Assembly (NCBI GenBank): GCA_033763455.1
Contig: JANRKO010000023.1
Location: 1 to 64,000, forward strand
From: Polyangiaceae bacterium
GTDB lineage: Bacteria > Myxococcota_A > Polyangia > Polyangiales > Polyangiaceae
Reading direction: 5' to 3'
Length of the DNA: 64,000 nt
Both the position numbers and the translations under genes were made by a program. Shown piece after piece: positions 28,816 through 40,170 of the stretch. Under the pieces are notes generated by a model. It had not been told where the DNA came from. It searched no databases and worked only from the letters and a program-made list of their open reading frames with translations. Position 1 is the first letter of the stretch. The number at the start of each line of letters is the position of its first letter.

Positions 28816-30057
28816 ATGAGCATCCTCGATCTTTACACAGCCAACCCCCGCACCCGCTGGTTTGCCGAAGCCCGTTACGGCATGTTCATTCACTGGGGGC
28901 TTTACGCGCTCTTGGGGCGCGGAGAGTGGGTCATGAACCGAGAGCGAATTCCGGTTACGGAGTACGAAGGGCTCGCCAAGCGTTTCGACGCTTCAGATTA
29001 CCGCCCCACGGAATGGGCCGAGCTCGCCAAGGCCGCTGGCATGCGGTACGGAGTTCTCACGAGCAAGCACCACGAGGGTTTCTGCCTTTGGAACTCCAGG
29101 GTGTGCAACTTCAACTCCGTCAATAGCGCCGCGGGCCGCGATTTGGTGGGGGAATATGTCGAAGCTTTCCGCAACGCGGGCCTCAAGGTGGGCCTTTATT
29201 ATTCGCTGGGGGATTGGCACAACCCGGATTGGGCCGCGGGCTTTCGTGGTGATGTGCGCGCACGAGACCGCTTCATGGAGAACACCCACGCATCCGTGCG
29301 GGAGCTGTTAACCCAATACGGCACAATCGACATCTTGTGGTATGATTTACCGCAGTGTTACACCGCTACCGAATGGCGGAGCGTGGATCTGAATGCCATG
29401 GCGCGTTCACTCCAGCCGAATATTCTTATCAACAATCGCGCGTGGACGTCGGAAGATTTCGGCACTCCCGAGCAACACGTCGAAGCCTGCGCACCGGGGC
29501 GCCTCTGGGAAGCCTGCATGACGCTGAATGGGCACTGGGGCTATTGCCCCAGCGATCGCGGTTACAAGTCAGCGACATCCATCGCGCAAACGCTAGCGCG
29601 TGTGGCTTCGGGAGGTGGCAACCTGCTGCTGAATGTCGGCCCCGATGGCCACGGGAAGATCCCAGAAGAAGCGAGCGCAGTGCTCCGCCAGGCGGGAAAG
29701 TGGCTGGAGAGGAATGGTGAGGCTGTCTACTCAACCCACCGCCACCAGCTCTCTTTCCAACTTTTCGGGCAAACAACGGTGCGAGAGAATACCCTGTATT
29801 GCCACTTGGGTAACTATTTTGGCCAGGAGTTCACGGTGGGAGGCCTCTTGCCGAAAGTGCTCCGTGCCTCGGTCCTCGGCACCGGCCAGGAGCTGTTCCC
29901 TGAGCGTCAAGCCACGCGCACTATTATTCGAGGGCTACCGGAATCAGCACCCGATCCGGTGCTGACAGTGGTGAAGCTCGAGTTGGACGGGCCTCCGGCT
30001 CAGGACATCAGCGAAGTGATCGGCGGTGCAGACATTATGCCCGTCTACCCGAACTAA
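28816..30057 (+). CDS. Alpha-L-fucosidase (GH29)
   Basis: [27 protein letters not shown] nucleophile, NLLLNVGP; no signal peptide. Confidence 0.92.
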   Translation: MSILDLYTANPRTRWFAEARYGMFIHWGLYALLGRGEWVMNRERIPVTEYEGLAKRFDASDYRPTEWAELAKAAGMRYGVLTSKHHEGFCLWNSRVCNFNSVNSAAGRDLVGEYVEAFRNAGLKVGLYYSLGDWHNPDWAAGFRGDVRARDRFMENTHASVRELLTQYGTIDILWYDLPQCYTATEWRSVDLNAMARSLQPNILINNRAWTSEDFGTPEQHVEACAPGRLWEACMTLNGHWGYCPSDRGYKSATSIAQTLARVASGGGNLLLNVGPDGHGKIPEEASAVLRQAGKWLERNGEAVYSTHRHQLSFQLFGQTTVRENTLYCHLGNYFGQEFTVGGLLPKVLRASVLGTGQELFPERQATRTIIRGLPESAPDPVLTVVKLELDGPPAQDISEVIGGADIMPVYPN

Positions 30058-30085
30058 AAGAGGGCTCCGATAGTGAGCGGAGCCC
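30056..30085 (-). terminator. Intrinsic terminator hairpin between convergent genes
   Basis: gggctccg-N8-cggagccc stem preceded on + by aaaag, giving a short U-tract on the minus strand. Confidence 0.55.
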
Positions 30086-30108
30086 CGCTAACAGCCAGCG
30101 CGGGTTCT

Positions 30109-33100
30109 TTACTTCAACACCTGCCACGCGCAGGTCGAAGTGCATCCGCCTTGGCCATCACAGGCTTCTCCAGAGGACGCTTGGATCCGCCCGTCACCGC
30201 AATAGGGAGCTACCGCGCACGACGTAGTACACTTATTCACGCCGTAGGCATTGGCAGCGTTGTTGCCACCGAGATCGCAACCTTCGGTGCCATTCTTCAC
30301 ACCGTCGCCGCAGTAGGCAGCGAACATACAAGTGTTTTTGCACGTACCGTAGCTTCCGTCGTTCCTACCGTCGTCGCACTGCTCACCCACATCCACCACG
30401 CCATTGCCGCATTTGATGCGACATTGCGCGTCACAGTTGCTGCCCTGAGTACCATTGGCGGCGCCCGCGTCGCATTGTTCCTTGCCATCGAGCTTGCCGT
30501 TGCCGCAAGTTGAGAGGGCCACCCAAGCCTTGCAGTCCGGAGTGCACGAGCCGGGGCTGCCGTCATTCACCCCATCGTCGCACTGCTCTCCAAACGCTCC
30601 GTCTACGGCTTTGTTGCCGCAATAGGGCGCAGGACGGCAAGCCGTACTGCACAAGCTCGGGCCGTATGCGTTCACCTTGTTATTGGCTCCAGCGTCACAC
30701 TTTTCGCCGGCTGAGGCCTGAAGCGTTCCGTCGCCACAGCGTGCACCCAGCTTGCACATCGGAGCGCAGGCGCCGTAGCTTCCGTCGTTCTTGCCGTCGT
30801 CGCACTCTTCAACGCTCTGCTTGATGCCATCGCCACAGCGTGCCCCAAGCAAGCATTGATTCGTGCACATGCCGTAAGCACCAGTGTTGTTGGCAAGTCC
30901 GTTGTCGCACTGCTCCCCGACGTCCAGCTGACCATCCCCGCACTGAAGAACGCAGGTATTTTCGCACGAACTGGCAAGGGTGCCGTTATTGACGCCGTCG
31001 TCGCACGCTTCACCGTTGGAAACCACGCCATCACCACAGCGAGGCCCCAAGGAACACGAGGTGCTGCAGCCGCCGTAGGCATTTGCCGGCGCCTTGTTGT
31101 TGGTTCCGTCATCGCACTGTTCACCGGGATCCACCGCACCGTCACCGCAGTAGTTTGCCCACTGGCAACCGAGACCACACACCTTGCTTGCGCTGTACGT
31201 GGCCAGGTTCAGGCCGTCGTCGCACGCCTCACCGTTGTTGGCTTGCACCACGCCGTCGCCGCAACGCGCCGGAAGCGTGCAGTCGGAGTTGCATCCACCA
31301 TAGGCGCCCGTGTTCAGGCTCTGATTCATGCCATCTTTGCCTAGATCGCAGGCTTCGGCTCGTGTAACCACGCCGTCCCCGCAGATGCTGCTGCATACAC
31401 TTCGGGCTGTCACAAAGCCGCCGAGAGTGAGGTTAAAGTTGGAGCCGCCCGTGTGGCGCTCGGCGTGGAACAGGGAGATGCGATACACGTTGCCCGCCGT
31501 GAGGCCGAGGCTTGTTGCCGTGGCGCCGCTCAGGGTGACACTACCCGAACTCGGAGGGTGCAAACCGCCCAAGTCCACCGCAAGCTTGCCATTCACGAAC
31601 ACCCAGACGTCATCATCACCCGAGAAGCTCAGAACTTCTCCGCCCTTGTACTCGAACCAGTAAACCACTTCGCTGGTAAACGCGAAGTTGTGCCCGTTGC
31701 TTGCGTTCTCTTTGCCCGCCAGCACCCAGCCCGAATTGTCGATCGGGAAAAAAGCGGAGTTCTGAAGCGCGTAAGTGCCGTTCATTTGGCGAGCGAGCGA
31801 CATCTTCGTCACGTACGTCATGTTCACACCGGGAACATCGCGATACCACTGATCGTAGTTGGCCTTGCTGGTCGTCTGATCCCCGTACGGGCACGGGTTG
31901 ATGCGATTGTTCTTCTCGCAAATTCCCGTATATACGGGTTTGCCATCCACTCCGAGGTTGGCTTGAACCATATTGAGGGTCGGACCGCTACCGCTGAAAA
32001 TCTCAAAGTCGGGGTGGCGGGTGCCTCCGTTTTTTCCGGATCGGACAAAGTCACGGTAGGTTACCGGCACATCTAAAGTGGCAGGAAGATCGCTCAGTAC
32101 GTCCAAACAGCTGTAGCCAGATTCCACCTTGCAGGTTGAAGAGCAGCCGTCGCCATTGGAGGTATTGCCGTCATCGCATTCCTCCGCATCGTTGGGCAGC
32201 TTAATGCCGTCGCCACATTTGGACTGGCACGCGCCTTGCGAACAATCGGGCTCTAGCTGGCAGAAAGGGTTGCAACCGTCGCCGACCACGTTGTTACCGT
32301 CGTCGCAGGGCTCCAAGCCTTCCTTCACGCCGTCGTTGCACACCGTGGGCGAACAGACCTGGCCGGGCGTTGGGCATTTGTACCCGGTTTCTAGCTGGCA
32401 GATCGCTGAGCAGCCATCGCCACCGCTTGCGTTTCCGTCATCGCAGCCCTCGCTGCCGACCTGGTATCCATCCCCACATTGCTTGGCTCGACAAACGCCG
32501 CCGAGCGGGCATTCCCACCCCGGCTCAACCTGGCATGCCGAACAGCCATCACCGGAACTCGCATTGCTGTCGTCACAGGTTTCGCTGCCCGTTACTTTTC
32601 CATCGGGGCACACGGCATCCGGTTGGCAAAAAACTCCGGCCGTAGGACACACGAAGTTAGCCTCAACGCTGCACGCGGCCGAACAACCATCACCGTCTCG
32701 GGGCGCGCAGGTGCCGCCACCAATCCCCACACAAACTGCCGGATCACTCGCGCAAGATGCTCCGTTTTCACATTGCGAACCGTCGTCACAAACCTCAGCA
32801 CGCTGGACGCTCAGCTTGCCGTCGCCACACCACTCTTGGCGAGAACAGAGCTGCCCTGCCACGGGGCATAGGTAGCCCGGAGCCACGGTGCAATCGTTGG
32901 CGCAGCCATCGGCTGGGTCATTGTTTCCATCATCACAGAACTCCCCAAAGTTCAGGTTTCCGTCGCCACAACTCCCAACAACGACCGGTTGGCAGGCTCC
33001 TCCTACCCCCAAAGAAGTGGGGCAATTGAAGCCAGGCTCCACCTGCTTGCAATCCGCTGAGCAACCGTCACTTCCCGCAGTGTTATTGTCGTCACACGCT

Positions 33101-33915
33101 TCGTCGCCGACGACCTTACCATCGCCACACACGATGGTGCTCACACACGCTTGTCCAGGCACCGGGCACACGGAGAACGACTCGAGCGCGCAGGAGCCCG
33201 TGCAGCCATCGCCCGGTGACGTGTTCCCGTCGTCACACTCCTCGGAGGCCCCCCAATGGCCGTTCCCACAGAACTCGTCGCTCACACACGGAGCACCGGG
33301 GGTGGGGCAGGAAAATCCGGGTTCAAGGGCGCACAGCGCTGAACAACCGTCGCCAGCCGTGGTCCCGCCGTCATCACAGGTCTCACCAGAGTTCACCCTG
33401 TTGTCACCGCAAACACCGGTAACCACTAGGACACAGCCGGAAGGTCCACAACCGTAACCGGGCTCCACGTTGCATGTCGCATCACAACCGTCGCCAGCGC
33501 TGGTATTGTGATCATCGCAGGCTTCGGAGCCTGTGACCGCACCATCACCGCACACAACATTCGAAATGCACGGCTTTCCGGCCTCAGGACAGACGTAGTT
33601 TGGTTCCACGCGACACAAGCCTGAGCAGCCGTCCCCAGGCTTGCCGTTTTGATCGTCGCATTCTTCGCTAGCCTCCACGAGGCCATTACCGCACACAGAG
33701 CTGGGCACCGACTGTCCACCGGCTCCCGCGCAGGCGCCATCGGCACAACCACCTGGGGGAGTGAATCCCGTGAAGTCGAATCCGCTTGAGCTATCGGCGG
33801 GTGGAGCTCCCCCAACCCCCGCGACGAGCGACTCAGGAGTGCTGCCCGATTCACAACGAACGAGTGCGACAACCGTTAGGAACAAACCAACCGAGTAGCC
33901 AAGGACGCGTTTCAC
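30109..33915 (-). CDS. Large Cys-rich repeat (myxobacterial CGDG..E.CDDG, DUF4215-like) fibro-slime/PA14-like surface protein
   Basis: 11 repeats before and 12 after a central HPDFE...FFPID...GDDDVWVF...DLGGLH...FHAER domain; signal peptide ending in Cys. Confidence 0.9.
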   Translation of the reverse strand: MKRVLGYSVGLFLTVVALVRCESGSTPESLVAGVGGAPPADSSSGFDFTGFTPPGGCADGACAGAGGQSVPSSVCGNGLVEASEECDDQNGKPGDGCSGLCRVEPNYVCPEAGKPCISNVVCGDGAVTGSEACDDHNTSAGDGCDATCNVEPGYGCGPSGCVLVVTGVCGDNRVNSGETCDDGGTTAGDGCSALCALEPGFSCPTPGAPCVSDEFCGNGHWGASEECDDGNTSPGDGCTGSCALESFSVCPVPGQACVSTIVCGDGKVVGDEACDDNNTAGSDGCSADCKQVEPGFNCPTSLGVGGACQPVVVGSCGDGNLNFGEFCDDGNNDPADGCANDCTVAPGYLCPVAGQLCSRQEWCGDGKLSVQRAEVCDDGSQCENGASCASDPAVCVGIGGGTCAPRDGDGCSAACSVEANFVCPTAGVFCQPDAVCPDGKVTGSETCDDSNASSGDGCSACQVEPGWECPLGGVCRAKQCGDGYQVGSEGCDDGNASGGDGCSAICQLETGYKCPTPGQVCSPTVCNDGVKEGLEPCDDGNNVVGDGCNPFCQLEPDCSQGACQSKCGDGIKLPNDAEECDDGNTSNGDGCSSTCKVESGYSCLDVLSDLPATLDVPVTYRDFVRSGKNGGTRHPDFEIFSGSGPTLNMVQANLGVDGKPVYTGICEKNNRINPCPYGDQTTSKANYDQWYRDVPGVNMTYVTKMSLARQMNGTYALQNSAFFPIDNSGWVLAGKENASNGHNFAFTSEVVYWFEYKGGEVLSFSGDDDVWVFVNGKLAVDLGGLHPPSSGSVTLSGATATSLGLTAGNVYRISLFHAERHTGGSNFNLTLGGFVTARSVCSSICGDGVVTRAEACDLGKDGMNQSLNTGAYGGCNSDCTLPARCGDGVVQANNGEACDDGLNLATYSASKVCGLGCQWANYCGDGAVDPGEQCDDGTNNKAPANAYGGCSTSCSLGPRCGDGVVSNGEACDDGVNNGTLASSCENTCVLQCGDGQLDVGEQCDNGLANNTGAYGMCTNQCLLGARCGDGIKQSVEECDDGKNDGSYGACAPMCKLGARCGDGTLQASAGEKCDAGANNKVNAYGPSLCSTACRPAPYCGNKAVDGAFGEQCDDGVNDGSPGSCTPDCKAWVALSTCGNGKLDGKEQCDAGAANGTQGSNCDAQCRIKCGNGVVDVGEQCDDGRNDGSYGTCKNTCMFAAYCGDGVKNGTEGCDLGGNNAANAYGVNKCTTSCAVAPYCGDGRIQASSGEACDGQGGCTSTCAWQVLK

Positions 33916-33992
33916 TGTAAGTCACCTCAGAGCACAAAGGTGTGCAGGAAGACTTACGGTCTTGGGAGCCTCCAGGTTGAACGCAAAACACG

Positions 33993-34253
33993 CTACTCAA
34001 CTTCAATTTCCACCGTTGCCGGCGTACTCGACGCCTTGGATGTCGGCGCTGGGGCGGCGGTTCGGGGCTGCAGGACGCGCTCTTCCTTGCGTTGGTGAAG
34101 GTTCATTGCGGCGCCAACGGCGAGCACGAGAGCAATAATTGCGAAGCACACACCTGCCACCGATACCGCGAGCAGCGTTCGGTGTGTGTCCAGCTGCAGA
34201 AAGACGGGAGGTTCACGCTGGTATTGCCGGGGTGGCTTCGGCTGCTTAGCCAT
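33993..34253 (-). CDS. Small single-pass membrane protein
   Basis: One strong transmembrane segment; ATG at 34253. Confidence 0.5.
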   Translation of the reverse strand: MAKQPKPPRQYQREPPVFLQLDTHRTLLAVSVAGVCFAIIALVLAVGAAMNLHQRKEERVLQPRTAAPAPTSKASSTPATVEIEVE

Positions 34254-34395
34254 GGCGTGAAGCCTCGGTCGCGACGGACCCACACGTCAAGCGGGAGACC
34301 GAACGGGAACGTTGGGGAGTCGACAATGGTAGGGATTCGGGCCGGGATCCCGCGCCGTGCTTGTAGATTCGGCGATTTCTGCGAGAACACCCGAT

Positions 34396-34830
34396 ATGTT
34401 AGTCGATGAAATCAAGAAGCAGATGTTCGCCGCCATGAAGGCGAATCAAACCACGGAGAAGGAAATCCTCCGCGTTGCCGTGGGTGAGCTCCAAACGGTG
34501 CAGTCCCGCAGCGAGACGCCGCTGAGTGACGAAGATGCGCTCAGTGTGCTGAGAAAGCTCGTGAAATCCAACGAGGAGTCCTTAGCTTCCACGACAAGCG
34601 ATTCCGAGCGCGCGGTGCTCTTGCGCGAAATTGAAGTCTTGCGCACATTTTTGCCCACTTCTTTGACTCTCGATCAGATAAAGGCTGCGCTCGAACCCGT
34701 GTTAGCGGCCATCCGTGCGGCGAGCGGGGATGGTTCTGCCGTAGGTGTTGCCATGAAGCAGCTCAAGGCTGTGGACGCCCGTGTTGATGGAAAAGACGTC
34801 GCGTTGGCCGTTAAGCAACTGAGAAGCTAG
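34396..34830 (+). CDS. GatB/YqeY-domain protein
   Basis: AMKA......LR, EI.VL..FLP..L and G..MK motifs. Confidence 0.85.
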   Translation: MLVDEIKKQMFAAMKANQTTEKEILRVAVGELQTVQSRSETPLSDEDALSVLRKLVKSNEESLASTTSDSERAVLLREIEVLRTFLPTSLTLDQIKAALEPVLAAIRAASGDGSAVGVAMKQLKAVDARVDGKDVALAVKQLRS

Positions 34831-34939
34831 CCCGCTCCCTCATAGCAATCGACCGACCGACCGCACTTGGTACTTTCCGGTTTCATGAGCGTTTGGCCTT
34901 GTCGCGAGCGACCCATGAGTCTCCGTTTACCCACACTCG

Positions 34940-35611
34940 GTGCGGACCAAAACGTTCACGTTGGAGGTACAACCCGGATCGCAATGCCCGACCTGGCCAG
35001 TTAAGTGCGCGGATCTGGTGGACGTAGGGGGCGAGGCACGCTTCCTGCTTCTTAAAAGTCTCGACAGGAGCACCACTATGCCCCGCCACGACACCGAAGA
35101 CGAAAGAATGATCCACGAACTCGTGCCCACGAGCCGTGACCTTTATCAGGCCCGCGAAACACGTGTTCCTGTGCAGCTGGAGTCAGCGACAGGGCGGATT
35201 TTAGCCACCACGATTCAGATCTCGCTGGAGGGCATGAAAGTCGAGCTCGGTGAGCCGACCATGCCGGAGGGTGAAGTAAGCGTGTACTGTGAGCTCCCTG
35301 GCGTACGTGCTTCTCTCGAGGGACGAGCAGTTGTGGAGCGCGTTGCGGGGTTAACCTGGAGCCTCCGCTTCACACACTTGACACCTCAGTCTGCACTGGC
35401 GGTTCGCGCACTCACACGAGCTGAGCGCGTGCGGCGTTCTCCTTCCACGGCAAGTCTCACGGCGATCACGCTTGAGGATATCCAACAGGCAGAGGCCTCC
35501 AAAAAGCCGACGAGCGCGATGCCCCGCCCCTCTATCACGCTCTCTCAGATGCGCGCGACATCCCTCCCTGCAGCTTTAGCTGCAGACCCCAATCACCGAA
35601 ACACGGGCTAA
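34940..35611 (+). CDS. PilZ-like domain protein (start uncertain)
   Basis: R.TRVPV...ISLEG...LRF PilZ-like pattern with degenerate motifs. Confidence 0.5.
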   Translation: MRTKTFTLEVQPGSQCPTWPVKCADLVDVGGEARFLLLKSLDRSTTMPRHDTEDERMIHELVPTSRDLYQARETRVPVQLESATGRILATTIQISLEGMKVELGEPTMPEGEVSVYCELPGVRASLEGRAVVERVAGLTWSLRFTHLTPQSALAVRALTRAERVRRSPSTASLTAITLEDIQQAEASKKPTSAMPRPSITLSQMRATSLPAALAADPNHRNTG

Positions 35612-35689
35612 AGGGGCCAGGGAGCCAGATCTCAGGCGTCCGCTGGCCACGGATAGACGGCGGCTGCCTTTTGGCCGACGCTCGCCAGC

Positions 35690-36706
35690 ATGAAGGTATT
35701 GGTCATTGGTGGAACGGGCAACATCAGCCGTGGGATCGTACATGCAGCCCTCATAGCCGGGCACGAGGTGAGCATCTTCACGCGGGGAACCAATTACGAC
35801 GCACCGCCCGAAGGCGTGCGCCACATAGTAGGCGACCGCAAAGACCGTGCAACTTTTGAATCCAAGTTTTCTTCCGAACGCTTCGATGCAGTCTTCGACA
35901 TGATTTCTTTTACCGCAGAGGATGCGGCCTCTGCACTCCGGGCATTTCGAGGACGAGTTGAACACTTCGTACATTGCTCCACAGTAATGACGTATGGCGC
36001 GCCTTTCCCCAATAACGGCGTCAACATCGACGAATCCGCACCGTTGCAAGGCAGCTCCGAATACGGGCTTGGCAAAATCGCCGCCGATAGGTTGTTGCTC
36101 AAAGCGCATGCGGAAGAAGGCTTCCCGGTAACCGTGATGAAGCCGTCTTATACTCACGGGCCCGGCAATCCGCTCTACCGTCAAGTTGGCGGCAGCACGC
36201 GCTGGCTAAGCCGAATGCGTGAAGGTAAACCGATCTTGTCCGCAGGCGATGGGCTCAACTACTTCCAGTACCTAGCCTCCAAAGATGCAGGTTTTGGGTT
36301 TGTTGGGGTATTGGGCAAAAAGCACTGCATCGGTGAAACCTATAATATCGTCCACCCACAGCCGCGAACTTGGGACGAGTGGCAACGCACCGCAGCCGCC
36401 GCCATGGGCGTTGAGGCCAAGCTGGTGCATGTTTCGCAAGACACCCTGGTGGCGCTCGACAAAGAACGTTTTGGGGGCATGGCGGGCTGCTTCGGGCATC
36501 ACCAGGTTTTTCGGCACGAGAAGTTGATGCGCGACGTACCCGAATTCAATCCCCGCACGCCGCTCGTAGAAAGCATGCGAGAAGTGATCGAGTGGATGGA
36601 TAGACATTCACTAATCGAACAAAAGGACGACTCCGATCTCGAAGATCGCATCATTTCGGCAATCACTGACCTGCCCAAGCGGTTTCACGCCACCACGCCA
36701 GCATGA
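35690..36706 (+). CDS. NAD-dependent epimerase/dehydratase (extended SDR)
   Basis: GGTGNIS, GDR, ST and YGLGK (YxxxK). Confidence 0.88.
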   Translation: MKVLVIGGTGNISRGIVHAALIAGHEVSIFTRGTNYDAPPEGVRHIVGDRKDRATFESKFSSERFDAVFDMISFTAEDAASALRAFRGRVEHFVHCSTVMTYGAPFPNNGVNIDESAPLQGSSEYGLGKIAADRLLLKAHAEEGFPVTVMKPSYTHGPGNPLYRQVGGSTRWLSRMREGKPILSAGDGLNYFQYLASKDAGFGFVGVLGKKHCIGETYNIVHPQPRTWDEWQRTAAAAMGVEAKLVHVSQDTLVALDKERFGGMAGCFGHHQVFRHEKLMRDVPEFNPRTPLVESMREVIEWMDRHSLIEQKDDSDLEDRIISAITDLPKRFHATTPA

Positions 36707-36733
36707 CGGTCAACGGAACCTAAGGAACCCGCG

Positions 36734-38002
36734 GTGTCGCCACCACTCTCTGAACCCCGCCTATTCCTGCGGTCTCTTTTCGATGCCGCGGTGAACGCCG
36801 CTCAACCGGAGCGCACCCTCGCAGCGTTTCTGCCACCACGCCCTTCGGGTCGGTTGATAGTAGTCGGCGCCGGCAAAGCCGCTGCCAGCATGGCTCGCGC
36901 TACTGAAGCCCACTACGGCACGGGGCTTTCGGGCCTGGTCATCACACGCTACGGCTACTCCCAACCGACGCACCACATTGAAGTCATCGAAGCTAGCCAC
37001 CCTGTGCCGGATCTCGCCGGCGTTCGGGCCACCCAGCGTCTGTTAGCCGCGGTCAGCAACCTCACGCCTCAAGATCTAGTAATTTTCCTTATTTCGGGGG
37101 GAGCTTCGGCGTTATTGTGCGCACCAGCGCAGGGGATCTCGTTGGAGGAGAAGCAGGAGTTAACGCGCGCGCTGCTGCGTTCGGGCGCACCCATCAGCGA
37201 AGTGAATTCGGTGCGTAAAGCCCTCTCTTTGGTAAAGGGCGGGCGTTTGGCCGAAGCCATAGCGCCAGCGCAGTTAGTAACCTTAGCCATTTCGGATGTT
37301 GCTGGCGATATTCCGAGTGCGATCGGTTCAGGGCCTACGGTGCTCGGCGACGTTGAACAGGGCGTTGTGGGATCTGCCGCGCAGTCGATATTGGTGAAGT
37401 ACGGCATTGTGCCAAGCGAAGCCGTACAGCGCGCTCTTGAGCGAACTCAGCCAATTGCGGCGCTGCCCGCGAACCAGAGTTTCCACATCGTGGCCAGCGC
37501 GGAGCAATCCCTACAAGCCGCTAAGAAAGCGTCGCTGAATCTGGGCATCCCCTGCGCCATTTTATCGGATCGTTTGGAGGGTGAAGCGCGAGAGGTTGCC
37601 AAAGTGCTCGCAGCACTCGCACGACGATCAGCAGAACAAGACGAGCCATTTTCAGCGCCAAGGGTGCTACTTTCCGGCGGGGAAACAACCGTCACGCTTC
37701 GTGGGGAAGGGCGGGGAGGCCCCAATACCGAGCTCTTGCTGTCGATGGCTATCGAGCTGAGGGAGCAGGCGGGGGTCTACGCATTAAGCGGCGATACAGA
37801 TGGAATCGACGGCAGCGAAAGCAACGCGGGCGCCATCATCACGCCCGATACCCTGCGGCGGGCACATGCCCTCGGGCTTAACCCGAAGACGTATCTCGAC
37901 CGCAACGATGCTTACGGCTTCTTCAACGCCTTGGGTGATTTGGTGGAGACCGGCCCGACGTATACGAATGTGAACGATTTTCGGGCGATCTTGATTACCT
38001 AA
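36734..38002 (+). CDS. Glycerate kinase type 2 (TtuD/MOFRL family)
   Basis: GAGKAA, HPVPD, ISGGASAL, SGGETTV, GRGGPN, TDGIDG, TGPT.TNVND. Confidence 0.92.
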   Translation: MSPPLSEPRLFLRSLFDAAVNAAQPERTLAAFLPPRPSGRLIVVGAGKAAASMARATEAHYGTGLSGLVITRYGYSQPTHHIEVIEASHPVPDLAGVRATQRLLAAVSNLTPQDLVIFLISGGASALLCAPAQGISLEEKQELTRALLRSGAPISEVNSVRKALSLVKGGRLAEAIAPAQLVTLAISDVAGDIPSAIGSGPTVLGDVEQGVVGSAAQSILVKYGIVPSEAVQRALERTQPIAALPANQSFHIVASAEQSLQAAKKASLNLGIPCAILSDRLEGEAREVAKVLAALARRSAEQDEPFSAPRVLLSGGETTVTLRGEGRGGPNTELLLSMAIELREQAGVYALSGDTDGIDGSESNAGAIITPDTLRRAHALGLNPKTYLDRNDAYGFFNALGDLVETGPTYTNVNDFRAILIT

Positions 38003-38111
38003 CCCGAACATTAGATGTGGAGCGCATACGGCCTGGGGAGGCTCTTCAGATAACCGATTCCCCCCACACAGCTTTGGCCCAAAGGGGCGCGACGGCACAA
38101 GCTAAGCGTGT

Positions 38112-39971
38112 TCAAAGTTGATCGAGGTTGCGCACTGCACCTTGAGCGGCACTTGTTGTCATCATCGCGTAAGCGCGAAGCGCCACCGAAACCTGACGCT
38201 CACGGTCTGGCTGGAAGGCGCGAGCACCCTTAGCGAGCATGTTCGCTCGGCGTGCAGTCAGCGTGGCTTCGTCGACAGCCACACGAATTGAGCGCGACGG
38301 AATATCGATTTCAATCGTATCCCCTTCCTCAACGAGGGCAATCGGCCCACCGCTCGCGGCTTCCGGCGACACATGCCCGATGCTCAGCCCACTGGTGCCG
38401 CCACTGAATCGCCCATCCGTGATGAGAGCGCAGGCTTTACCAAGGCCTTTCCCTTTGAGAAAAGAGGTCGGGTAAAGCATTTCCTGCATACCCGGACCAC
38501 CTTTGGGCCCCTCGTAAACAATCACTACCACGTCCCCCGCAACAATCTTGTCGCCGACAATAGCGTCGCACGCCGCATCCTGGGAGTGGAAAACCCGCGC
38601 CGGCCCGCTGAACTTCAAAATAGAGGCATCCACACCGGCCGTTTTCACGATGCAGCCTTCCGGTGCCAAATTTCCGTAGAGAACGGCCAACCCACCATCC
38701 TGGCTGTAGGCGTGTTCGGCTTCTCGAATGCACCCCTTCTCCGCATCGTTGTCGGGCTCGGCGAAGTACTTGTCTTGGGAAAAAGCCACGGTGGTACGCA
38801 CTCCGCCGGGAGCCGCCAAGGCTCGACGCTTAGCTTGAGCACTCACGCTTGAGCTTCTTAGATCGTGCTCGCTGAGAGCTGCTTCGAGCGATGGGCTATG
38901 AACCGTGTGGACGTTCTTATTCAAAAGCCCGGCACGGTTGAGGGCACCCAAGATCGTAAAGATGCCTCCGGCACGGTGCACATCTTCTACATGGTAGTCT
39001 GAAGAAGGCGCCACTTTGCAGAGGTTTGGCACCTTGCGGGACATTCTATCGATGTCTTTCATCGTGAAATTGACACCCGCTTCATGGGCGATTGCCAGAA
39101 TGTGCAGCACCGTGTTGGTAGAGCCTCCCATGGCAATATCGAGCGCCATGGCGTTCTCAAAAGCCTCAAAAGTACCAATGCTCCGCGGCAGGACGCTGTT
39201 ATCCCCCTGCAAGTAGTGGCGGCGCGCTAAATCCACGATGCGCTTGCCTGCGCTCTCAAACAACTCCCACCGCAAGGCATGCGTGGCCAAGATCGTGCCG
39301 TTGCCAGGAAGTGCCAGGCCAATCGCCTCATTCAAACAGTTCATGCTGTTGGCGGTGAACATGCCAGAGCACGAGCCGCACGTCGGGCAGGCGCTGCGCT
39401 CAATCTCCAGGAGCGCTTCATCCGAAACGCGAGCGTCACTTGAGTAAATCATTGAGTCGATCAAATCGAGCTTGCGCTTGAGCGGATTCCCATCGCGATC
39501 GTGGGTGCCGGTGGATTTGCCGGCTTCCATGGGGCCCCCGGACACAAAGATGGTGGGGATATTGAGGCGCATGGCGGCCATCAACATGCCTGGAGTGATC
39601 TTGTCGCAGTTGGAGATGCAAATCAGAGCATCGGCAACGTGCGCCTGCACCATGTACTCCACACTATCCGCAATAAGATCTCGACTCGGCAGCGAATAGA
39701 GCATCCCACCGTGCCCCATCGCGATACCATCATCGACAGCAATGGTGTTGAATTCCACGCCCCAACCCCCAGCAGCATCCACCACCTTCTTCACGCGCTG
39801 ACCGACATCGTGCAGATGCACGTGCCCAGGCACGAACTGGGTGAAGCTATTCGCAATAGCCACAATGGGTTTCTCAAAATCCCCATCGGTCATACCGGTA
39901 GCGCGCCAGAGCGCGCGGGCACCAGACATGTTACGGCCGTGGGTAGTAGTGCGACTGCGAAATCCTGACAT
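38112..39971 (-). CDS. ilvD: Dihydroxy-acid dehydratase
   Basis: [50 protein letters not shown]. Confidence 0.97.
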   Translation of the reverse strand: MSGFRSRTTTHGRNMSGARALWRATGMTDGDFEKPIVAIANSFTQFVPGHVHLHDVGQRVKKVVDAAGGWGVEFNTIAVDDGIAMGHGGMLYSLPSRDLIADSVEYMVQAHVADALICISNCDKITPGMLMAAMRLNIPTIFVSGGPMEAGKSTGTHDRDGNPLKRKLDLIDSMIYSSDARVSDEALLEIERSACPTCGSCSGMFTANSMNCLNEAIGLALPGNGTILATHALRWELFESAGKRIVDLARRHYLQGDNSVLPRSIGTFEAFENAMALDIAMGGSTNTVLHILAIAHEAGVNFTMKDIDRMSRKVPNLCKVAPSSDYHVEDVHRAGGIFTILGALNRAGLLNKNVHTVHSPSLEAALSEHDLRSSSVSAQAKRRALAAPGGVRTTVAFSQDKYFAEPDNDAEKGCIREAEHAYSQDGGLAVLYGNLAPEGCIVKTAGVDASILKFSGPARVFHSQDAACDAIVGDKIVAGDVVVIVYEGPKGGPGMQEMLYPTSFLKGKGLGKACALITDGRFSGGTSGLSIGHVSPEAASGGPIALVEEGDTIEIDIPSRSIRVAVDEATLTARRANMLAKGARAFQPDRERQVSVALRAYAMMTTSAAQGAVRNLDQL

Positions 39972-40077
39972 GCCCGGGCTTCTAGCACCTCCCCCGGGGA
40001 AGTCGCAAAGGCCCTACGAGCAACGCTCTTGAGCGCTCTACGTACCGCCTCCCGCGCGTCCGAACCGCCTACCCGCT

Positions 40078-40137
40078 CAACCTACGATCTGAACGCCCAA
40101 CCTACGATCTGAACGACACCGCCCAACCTACGATCTG
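40078..40137. repeat. Three copies of the 14-bp direct repeat caacctacgatctg
   Basis: Copies start at 40078, 40098 and 40124. Confidence 0.85.
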
Positions 40138-40170
40138 GCAAGGACCGAACAGGGGTCTCCGAGCACAAGA

